Part shown: piece by piece, positions 22,279 to 30,665 of the stretch | Layout of the letters: every line of letters begins with the position of its first letter | Numbering within the stretch: position 1 is the first letter of the stretch | DNA from: Candidatus Saccharimonadota bacterium | GTDB taxonomy: Bacteria > Patescibacteriota > Gracilibacteria > BD1-5 > UBA6164 | Direction of reading: 5' to 3' | DNA: 32,000 nt | NCBI GenBank assembly: GCA_963677765.1 | Contig: OY782392.1 | Coordinates: forward strand, 360,001 to 392,000 | Notes under the pieces: generated by a model | What the model was told of the DNA's origin: nothing | The model's database searches: none | What the model saw: only the letters and a program-made list of their open reading frames with translations | Position numbers and translations under genes: made by a program

Positions 22279-22647
22279 ATGAAAAAAATAGCACTAATAG
22301 CAATTATGACTCTTTTATTAGCTTCTTGTGGAACTAAAAATGAAACAGAAGAAACTACTACTTCTACATGAACTCAAGTTGTAAATGATGAAAATACTAA
22401 TGAAGAAACTAGTTCATGAGAAGTTCAAAATGAAGATACTAGTTCAATAGAAGTTTCTGCTTCAGGTTCATCTCAAGTAGAAATATCAGATATAGTTATA
22501 ACAAATGAAGAAGATCAATTAGAAGAAAATGAAGAATCTGAAATTGAAAATCAAGATGACATTACAGAAGAAGAAATATTAAAAGATATTGATGCTTTAA
22601 TTGATGAAATAATTAATTCAACTGAAAATGAAGGAAACACTAAATAG
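22279..22647 (+). CDS. Small acidic lipoprotein (second copy of the type)
   Basis: MKKIALIAIMTLLLAS|CGTK lipobox, then an E/T/S/N-rich acidic sequence. TAG 22645-22647. Confidence 0.75.
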
Positions 22648-23317
22648 TTTAATAAAAAAAATAAATAAGGAGGAAGAAATATCTCCTTTTTTATTTGTAT
22701 CTAAAAATTTAGAAATATTAAATGAAGAAATAAGTTGATTTTGATTAAATCTATTAAAAGAATTTAATATCCCTAATATATATTTGTATATTTTAAAAGA
22801 CAATTGAGAAAAAATAAAAGTAAAAGAAGTTAGAGATTTTATAAAAAAATCTGAATCAAAATCATGATATAAAATTCAAATTTTTTTTATAGAAAATATT
22901 TCTAGACTAACTACTCAAGCAAGTAATAGTTTATTAAAATTTTTTGAAGAACCTTGAATATGAAATATAATACTATGTACAAATAAATGAGAAAGTAATG
23001 TACTAGATACAATACTTTCAAGAGTTCAAACTATAAACATAAAGTTAAAAAAAACTGATTCAGTAGATAATTATTTACAAAATATTATTGATAAATATAT
23101 TAAAAATCAATCAAATGAGTTAATAAAATATATGTTTTCAAGTAAAAAAGAAAAAGATGACTATTTATCTTTTTTAGAAAATTTATTATTATATATGATG
23201 AATAATTTCTCTAAGATATGATTTTTAAATGAGTTAAATCAAGATATAAATTTAATAAAATCAAATAATTTAAATCCAAAATATTTTTCTGACAAATGGA
23301 TATTAAAAATAAAATAA
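22628..23317 (+). CDS. holB: DNA polymerase III delta-prime-like clamp-loader subunit
   Basis: The frame is open back to ATG 22628, overlapping the lipoprotein gene by 20 nt. EISPFLFVS aligns with the HAYLF box. VKEVRDFIKKSE..., IFFIENISRLTTQASNSLLKFFEEPG and LDTILSRVQ (SRC motif region) are present. TAA 23315-23317. The start is uncertain. Confidence 0.7.
22667..22696 (+). terminator. Terminator-like hairpin just downstream of the lipoprotein gene but inside the predicted holB 5' coding region
   Basis: AAGGAG (22667-22672) pairs with CTCCTT (22683-22688), followed by TTTTATTT. The 5' arm is also an SD-like AAGGAGG. Confidence 0.4.
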
Positions 23318-24837
23318 AAGCTTTTTCTCTTGTAGAATTAGTTGTATGAATAACTATATCAATGATATTAATGGCCTCAATATGAGTCTTTGTTAATTCA
23401 GGGATGAGTAATATTTTTTTACAACAAAAATCTTTACAAAATGCATCTAATATAAATGATTTTGTAAAAAGTATGTATGAAAATTTTTCAAATATAGAAG
23501 AAAAAAAAATATACAATATAGCTGCTAGTAATCAGGATATTATATTTAGATCATGACAAAATTTAAATACATGATGATTTACATATATCTGAATTAGTGA
23601 TATAGATTGATACTATTGTAAAGATACAGAAAGTGTTAATACAATAACTAAACATATGTTTATAAAAAACTTTATACCATATATAGAAAATAGTGAAACT
23701 ATTACAAATTATAGTGATGTTTTAGAGTCAAATTATATAACATATAACTGAATTGATTATAAAACAATTCAAAAGGAAAATATAGTAGTAGATAATTTAT
23801 GAAACACTATTATATGAAATGAAATTTTCTGAGATAAAATATCATCATGATTTAGCTGAACACTAACTCAATTAAATTCTCCTACATGAATAGCAACAGA
23901 TTCTGAAGTTTTATATATTTCTGATACATTAAATGATAGAATTTTATATATGTCATGATCTAATGTATATAAACTACTGGATCAAAATGATTGAATAAAT
24001 GAAGCTACATGATTATTTTATGATGATATAAATAATGAATTATATATTTCTAATAGTTGAATGTGAGAAATATTAAAAGTATCTAGTACAATTTATACAA
24101 ATCCTCCAGATAGAACATTTAGTTTTTCATGAATAACAAATTCTTGAACAAGTAGATTTTATATAAGTTTTTTTAGAAATTGATTAGAGTATGATATAAG
24201 TTCAAGTCCAATTGATCATACAAATATAGAGTTATTATGAAAAAATTCTATACATGATAAAATAGAAAAAATTGATAATAAAATAGAATATTCATTTAGA
24301 GATGAGCTATTGAACTCAAGTTGAGCTGTTGTATTGGATTGATTATGAAACCCTATGTATACTAATAGATATGAAAGTTTCACATCATCTCAAACATATA
24401 ACTTAGAATTTAAAAACTTAAATAATATTTTTACTCAAGAGTGAAATTATACTATAGAACTAGAAATATGAAATTCTGATATTAATTTTTATTATTATAC
24501 TCAATGAGATAATAAAATATATACTCAAAATAATAATAAAATAGAAATTGTAAGAAGTTGATTAAATTATCCTAATGCTATATGGTGAAACCCTTGAAGT
24601 AATTCTAGCCCTCAAGATTCAAATTTTAATCAATTTGATATAAGTAGTTTATGAACTTTAAGCATAGATGAAGATTATGATATAATATTAAATACTCCTA
24701 TAAAAAATTTAAATATATCCGAAAATAATCAAATAATAAACATAATAACTCAATACTATAAAAATTATGATTGTTATAATTTAGACCTAAATGAAAGCAA
24801 AATTTCAACTTTTATATCAAAGTTTAATGTAAAATAA
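23296..24837 (+). CDS. Type IV pilin-like (prepilin N-terminal methylation motif) protein with NHL-type repeat C-terminal region
   Basis: ATG 23296 overlaps holB by 22 nt. TAA 24835-24837 (513 aa). MDIKNKIKA|FSLVELVVGITISMILMASI is a class III signal (F+1, E+5). LNSPTGIATDSEVLYISDTLNDRILYM and ATGLFYDDINNELYISNSG are NHL-like blades. Confidence 0.7.
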
Positions 24838-24869
24838 AAGAACTAGAAAATTAATTTTCTAGTTCTTTT
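24836..24869. terminator. Bidirectional intrinsic terminator
   Basis: AAAAGAACTAGAAAA TTAA TTTTCTAGTTCTTTT. The GT4 gene stop codon (24853-24851) lies in the loop. Confidence 0.7.
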
Positions 24870-25966
24870 ATAAAACTCAAAATATTATTTCTAAAATTAT
24901 CCTTATCAAATAATCTAGAATGCTCTCTTATTTTGTTGGAATTAAAACTTATATTTTCAAAATCTTTAATAGTATTATTTAAACTTTCTACAGTTTGTTC
25001 GTTAAAAAATATACCTGTAACTCCATCTATAACGGTTTCTTTTGCTCATCATTTATTATAAGCAATAACTGGTGTTCAACTAGCCATTGCTGCAATAGGA
25101 ACGAGTCAAAAATCTTCCTCTGGAGGAAAAATAAAAGCTTTTGCTCTACTATGTAATAAATTAATTGTTGTTAAATCATTAGTTAAAATCCACTCAATAT
25201 TACTAAATGATTTTTCTTTTAATTCTCTATACAATTTATTATCAGTATTAGTTGCTATTTTTATTTTTTTTCAATTTTTATTAAAAGCATCAACAATTAA
25301 ATCAAATTTTTTATATGGTATACATCTACCATTATAAAAATAATAATCATCTTTTTCTTCATTATAAGGAATAGAATTAATATCTAAACAAGGATAAATA
25401 ACTTTTGACTCCCTATTATAATATTTTTTTATTCTTAATGATGTATTAAGACTATTAGATATAAAAAAATCAACTCTTTTGCTAGCCAAATAATCCCATT
25501 CTCTTAATTTATGAACTATCTTTGGCATTAAATATTTTCAAAGTGGGTTTAATATTCAAAATTCCATCATATTTATATACTCATGATAATGACTCCAATA
25601 ATATCTAGTTGGGGTATGACAATAACAAATATGTATTGTTGAAGGTTTTGTTATTATTCATTTACTTTCTGCTGTAGAAGAACTAATTACAATATCATAA
25701 GAACTAAAATCAAAATTCTCAAAAGCATATGGTCTAAGAAATAAAGCCAATTTATGAGATTTATTTAAAAATGGTATTTTTTGAATAAAACTAGTATAGA
25801 TACTTCTATTTTTAAAAATAGTATTATTTTGTTGAAAAAAAACTGAACTATAAATATCTGCATTTGGAAAAATTTCTAATAACTGCTCTAAAACTATTTC
25901 TGCTCATCACCAATCTTTTATCCAATCACAAACAATAGCTATTTTTTTACTCTCTATATTTTGCAT
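24851..25966 (-). CDS. GT4-family (GT-B) glycosyltransferase
   Basis: ATG 25966 and TAA 24853-24851 are in frame (371 aa). It contains track ORF 25271..25528. [33 protein letters not shown] is the EX7E region. Confidence 0.85.
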
Positions 25967-26039
25967 TTTTTTCAATTTATTTATACTTAAGAAAACTAAC
26001 TATAGATATAATAAAACTAAAAAAAACTTATGCAAATCT

Positions 26040-26852
26040 TTTGAGTAAATATAAACAACATAAAATACAATACTCTACTAGAAAAAATAAAAAAACTTGA
26101 TGAACAAAATATAATATTTACACCTAACCCTGAAATATTATTAAAGGCAAAAAGTGATGAAAATTTCAAAAAAATTTTAAATAAAGCAAATTATTTAACT
26201 GCTGATTGAATCTGATTATATATAGCTTTTCAAATAAATGATAATAAATATGGAAAAATAATTAATACTGCTCTTATACCCTATTATTTTTTTAATTTAT
26301 TTTTCAGAAGAAACTTCTTATACAAAAAATACTCTAAAAGAATTTGCTGAAGTGACCTAACAAAAGATTTAACAATTTGGGCAGAAAAAAATAATATAAA
26401 AATAACAATTATAGATTTATACAACCCTCTTGATAAAAATAAAGTAGAATCTCAAAAAGTATTTAGAGATAAACTTCAAAATAAATTTAAAAATCTTGAT
26501 TTTGATTATTTTATATATAAAGATTCGCAAAAAGAACAAATTATAGAAAAAATAAAAAACTCAAACTCAAAAATAGTTTTTTCTACTCTATGAATGAAAA
26601 AACAAGAAGAATCTATAATAGAGATAATAGAAAGATGCGAAAATATAAAAATATGATTAGCAATTTGATCTAGCTTCGATTATATGGTTTGATTTCAAAA
26701 TAGAGCTCCAGTTCTATGGAGAAAAATATGACTAGAATGGCTTTATAGGCTAATTACTGGTCCTAAAAAAATAAATAGAATTAAAAGGTTATATAATGCA
26801 ATATTTGTATTTATTTTCGAATTAATAAAAGAAAAAAAATAATTTTTATTTG
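26040..26852 (+). CDS. WecB/TagA/CpsF-family glycosyltransferase
   Basis: Checked codon by codon from ATG 26040 to TAA 26850-26852 (270 aa). FTPNPEILL, TADGIGL, STLGMKKQE and IGSSFDYMVGFQNRAPVLWRKIGLEWLYRL are present. Confidence 0.85.
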
Positions 26853-26859
26853 ACTTATA

Positions 26860-26887
26860 TTAAAAAAAGGTTATTTATTTTTATATA
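26860..26887 (+). promoter_or_regulatory. Putative promoter of the aro leader/operon
   Basis: TTGACT (26860-26865), 16 nt spacer, TATATA (26882-26887), about 28 nt upstream of the leader ATG. Weak evidence in AT-rich DNA. Confidence 0.3.
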
Positions 26888-26914
26888 TTTATATTAAAAA
26901 ACTAAAAAACAGAC

Positions 26915-26992
26915 ATGAAAAATTTAATGTTAAATACATATTTTTTCTTTTTCTATTTTAGTCCTTGAAATAAGTTCAAAGGTGTTTTTTAG
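26915..26992 (+). CDS. Aromatic-rich leader peptide (25 aa) of the aroG-tyrA-pheA attenuator
   Basis: ATG 26915 ... TAG 26990-26992 encodes MKNLMLNTYFFFFYFSPGNKFKGVF. Seven consecutive Tyr/Phe codons lie at 26939-26959. There is an in-frame TGA at 26966-26968. Confidence 0.65.
26963..26987 (+). promoter_or_regulatory. Attenuator segments 1 and 2 (pause hairpin; segment 2 is also the antiterminator strand)
   Basis: CCTTGAA (26963-26969) pairs with TTCAAAGG (26975-26982), with one bulge. TCAAAGGTGTTT (26976-26987) can pair with AAACTCTTTTGG (27033-27044) at 11 of 12 positions, including 2 G-U pairs. Confidence 0.55.
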
Positions 26993-27032
26993 CATGAAAA
27001 TATATAAATGTAAATTTTGCAGTTATTAAGCT

Positions 27033-27070
27033 AAACTCTTTTGGACTACCAAAAGAGTTTTTTTATTTTT
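27033..27070 (+). terminator. Attenuator terminator (segments 3:4) 21 nt upstream of aroG
   Basis: AAACTCTTTTGG ACTA CCAAAAGAGTTT followed by TTTTATTTTT. It sits inside a 5' leader, not at a gene end. Confidence 0.8.
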
Positions 27071-27090
27071 ATTAATTAACATAAAATATT

Positions 27091-28185
27091 ATGAATGACA
27101 AAGCATTATTAAGTGACAAAACCTCATTAGTAGATGATAAAAGAATTATTGATATTGAAGAAATAACTACTCCTGAAAGTCTAATAAAAAAATACCCTTT
27201 AGATAAAGATACTGAAAGATTTATTGATACTAGTAGACAAATAATAAGCGATATTATAAATTTAAAAGACGATAGATTAGCTGTTATAACTTGACCTTGT
27301 TCAATAAACGATCCAAAACTAGCAATGGAAATAGCACAAAAAATAGTAGAACTAAAAGAAAGGTATCCTAATGTATACCCTATAATGAGAGTATATTTTG
27401 AAAAACCTAGAACAACAGTTTGATGGAAATGATTAATTAATGACCCTGATCTAGATGATTCTTGTAATATAGATAAATGATTGGAAGTTGCTAGAGAGTT
27501 ATTATTAAAAATAAATAAATTAGGAGTAGCTACTGCTGTAGAATTTTTGGATGTTATAAATCCTCAATATTTTGCAGATTTAGTCCATTGGGGGGCTATT
27601 TGAGCAAGAACTACTGAAAGTCAAGAACATAGAAAAATGGCTTCATGATTAAGTATGCCTGTTGGTTTTAAAAATGGTACAAATTGAGATATACAAATAG
27701 CAATCGATGCAATTAAATCAGCAAAAGGAAGTCATAGATTTTTATCAAATACTAAAGAATGAAAAGTAGCTAGAATAACAACTCAATGAAACCCTGATTG
27801 ACATATAATACTTAGATGATGAAATAATTGAACTAACTATGATAGAGTAAGTGTTGCAAATACAATAGAAAGATTAGAAAATGCATGAATAGATAATTGA
27901 GTTATTATTGATTTTTCACATGCTAATAGTAAAAAAGATCATAAAAACCAACCTATAGTATCTGATAAGGTAGCATCTCAAATAGCAGAATGAAATAAAA
28001 AAATAGTTTGAATTATGATAGAAGCAAATATAAAAGAAGGTGCTCAATCTCATACTCCAGGAAAAGATGATCCGAGAAAAATAGAATATTGAGTCAGTAT
28101 AACAGATAAATGTGTTGATTGGAAAACTAATGAAGAAATGATTGAAAAATTAGATAATGCAGTTAGAATAAGAAAAGAAAAATAA
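27091..28185 (+). CDS. aroG: 3-deoxy-7-phosphoheptulonate (DAHP) synthase, class I (AroF/G/H type)
   Basis: ATG 27091, TAA 28183-28185 (364 aa). ITGPCSI, EKPRTTVGWKGLINDP (TGA TGG AAA TGA at 27421-27432), GARTTESQEHR, VGFKNGT and IDFSHANS are present. Confidence 0.92.
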
Positions 28186-28203
28186 TATATTAAAATATTA
28201 AAA

Positions 28204-29247
28204 ATGAAAAACATTGCAATAATATGATGAAGTGATTGATTTTGAAAATGGCTAGCAAATTATCTTAACAAAAATTTTTTAGATAATATTTCTATAACTA
28301 TAACATGAAGAAATATAGAAAAATTAAAAAAAACAGCACTTGAAATATGATGTAATTACTCTGATAATAATAAAGATACAATAAAAAATGCAGATATTAT
28401 AATATTCGCTGTTCCTATATGAATAATGGAAGATACTATTAAAAAATATATAATTTATGCAAAAGAAAATTCAATTATACTAGATGTAACATCTATAAAA
28501 GATGGTCCTAGTAAATCAATGTTTGAAAATGCTCCAAAAAACTCTTTGGTAATTCCAACTCATCCTATGTTTTGACCATATGTATCAACAATAGCATGAC
28601 AAATATTTGTTTTAACTCCTAAGCAAAAAGATAAAAAAGATTCTAGATATTTATTTTTGAAAAATTATTTAGAAAAAAATGATGCAAAAGTTATTGAGAC
28701 AACTGCTATAGAACATGATAAAATGATGGCAGTAGTTCAGTGATTAACTCATTTTGATATGTTTGTATTATGAGAAACTATTAAAAGATTAAATCTAGAT
28801 ATTAATAAATCAATGAATTTTGTATCACCAATATACAAAATAATGATTTCTTCTGTTGCTAGATATTTAAATCAAAATCCAAAACTATATTCAGATATAC
28901 AAATTCATAATAAAGAAATTTTAGAAGTACATAATGTATTTATGTCAGTAACAAATGATTTTAATAATTTTGTAAAAGAAAAAGATGAAACTAATTTTAT
29001 AAATACTATAAAATCAACAGCAAATTATTTTTGAGAAAATACTAAAGAGTGACAAGAATATACTGATAAAATAATATATCTTATATGAAAACAAATTGAA
29101 AAAGCTCACGAAAAAGTTTGAGAAACAATTAAAATAGAAAATATATATAATAATGAAGTAATAACTTGAAAGTTAGATGAATTTAGAGATAACTTAATGG
29201 TAATTAATAATAATAAATATAATTTAAATACTTGGGAAATAAAATAA
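28204..29247 (+). CDS. tyrA: Prephenate dehydrogenase
   Basis: ATG 28204, TAA 29245-29247 (347 aa). IAIIGGSDGFGKW (Rossmann), DVTSIK, PTHPMFGP and HDKMMAVVQGLTHF are present, plus a C-terminal extension of about 65 aa. Confidence 0.88.
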
Positions 29248-29254
29248 AAAATTT

Positions 29255-30067
29255 ATGAAAATATACTATCAATGAAACCCCTGAAGCTATATGAATATAG
29301 CTTCTAAAGAAATAACAAAAAAATTAGATATAGAAATAGATGATTACATATGAAAACCTGAGTTTTTAGATGTATGGGAATCAATATCTGATGATTGAAT
29401 ATGAGTACTAGCAATAGAAAATTCATATATGTGAAGTATACATCCAAATATATATAACTTTTTAAAATATGATTTTAAAATAATATGAGAATATTATTTA
29501 GAAATAAAACACTGTATTTGTTCATTAGAAAACGATATAAGTAAAATAAAAGAGGTATATTCTCAAATGCCTGCATTAGAACAGTGTCATATGTATTTAA
29601 AAGAAAAAAATATCAAAGCTAGAGAATTCAGTGATACTGCTCTTTCTGCAAAGTATATATCTGAAAAATGACTAAAGTGAGTATGAGCTATATGCTCTGA
29701 AGAAGCTGCTAAAATATATTGATTAAATATTATTGAAAAAAATATTGCTGATCAAAAATGAAATACTACAAGATTTATTATAGTTGCAAATAAAAATACT
29801 AAATTAGAATATAAAAATATATCAAATAAAACAAGTATTATATTTGAAGCAAAAGATATACCATCTAGCCTATACAAATGTTTATGAGCATTTGCAACAA
29901 ATAATATAAATCTAAAAAAAATTGAAAGTATGCCAAGCTATCAATGAAGCTTTAGTTATTATTTTTGGTTAGAATTTGAATGAAAGCTAAATAATGAGAA
30001 AACAAAAAAAGCTATAGAAGAATTAGATTTTTTTACAAAAAAAATAAGAATATTATGAGAATATTAA
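29255..30067 (+). CDS. pheA: Prephenate dehydratase (PDT + ACT domains, no chorismate mutase domain)
   Basis: ATG 29255, TAA 30065-30067 (270 aa). YYQGNPGSY, LAIENSYMGSI, NTTRFIIV, and the ACT region TSIIFEAKDIPSSLYKCLGAFA...IESMP are present. Confidence 0.9.
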
Positions 30068-30100
30068 AAAAGAGATGTTATAATAACATCTCCTTTTTTT
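30068..30100. terminator. Bidirectional intrinsic terminator after pheA
   Basis: AAAAAAGAGATGTTA TAA TAACATCTCCTTTTTTT. Confidence 0.7.
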
Positions 30101-30183
30101 GCAATAAGGTATATTTTTATAAATGTAACAGCTCTCCCAAACATGACATTTTATTTAAAAAGACTTTTTTTACCCTTATTGCA
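30100..30183. other. Intergenic long-range stem (10 bp) enclosing about 62 nt; candidate structured RNA element or small RNA of unknown function
   Basis: TGCAATAAGG (30100-30109) is complementary to CCTTATTGCA (30174-30183). The enclosed segment contains the least AT-rich stretch of the spacer (CAGCTCTCCC). Confidence 0.25.
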
Positions 30184-30264
30184 TTTTGCATTTTAATAAT
30201 CATATATTAAAATTATATTAAAATTTTGAATTTCATTAACAAAATAACTTTACAAATTATATTT

Positions 30265-30663
30265 TTATTTTATAAGTTTATTTAATTCATTATGATATTC
30301 TTGAGCCTTCTTTTTTAATATACTTCAAGTTACTAAATCAAATTCATGAACTAATTTATTTCTTAGTTTATGCAATTCCCAGATTTTATCTATATCATCT
30401 ATTTCATTAGGATATAATTTCAATATATCTCAAAAACTTCATTCATATCATAAAGAAATTAATATTTTATGATATATTTTATCATACTCTATTATTCTTT
30501 CCTTATAACTTGTTCATACTGAAGTTTTTTTAATAATTTTTTTATAAAATCTAATTTTTAGTTTATCTAGCTTTTTTTTCTTTCAAAACTGTATAACAAC
30601 AGTTATTCAATAAATTATTATTGATAAGAAAAATATCAAAGCTATAAATAAGTATTGTTCCAT
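30265..30663 (-). CDS. Small N-terminally membrane-anchored protein with an Rx4H (HEPN/DUF4145-like) motif
   Basis: ATG 30663 lies 2 nt after the hflX stop. TAA 30267-30265 (132 aa). TM segment YLFIALIFFLSIIIYGITVVI. C-terminal helix IWELHKLRNKLVHEF. Confidence 0.5.
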
Positions 30664-30665
30664 TT

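Noticed and set aside
26994-27029. Second mini-ORF in the aro leader, MKIYKCKFCSY (ATG 26994, TAA 27027-27029), ending 4 nt before terminator arm 3.
   Set aside because: It is too short to distinguish from chance in AT-rich sequence and is not needed for the attenuation model. It is still worth checking by ribosome profiling, because a ribosome terminating there would sit on arm 3.
27421-27432. Genetic code 4 (UGA = Trp, as in Mycoplasma/Spiroplasma) as the explanation for in-frame TGA in AT-rich DNA.
   Set aside because: TGA falls on invariant Gly positions (P-loops, GQDPYH, SGGKDS, HEFGH). In the DAHP synthase motif G-W-K-G, the Trp is TGG while both Gly are TGA.
30141-30194. 17-codon ORF MTFYLKRLFLPLLHFAF inside the structured pheA-downstream spacer.
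   Set aside because: There is no supporting context (no operon downstream on that strand, no conservation information), so it is more likely chance.
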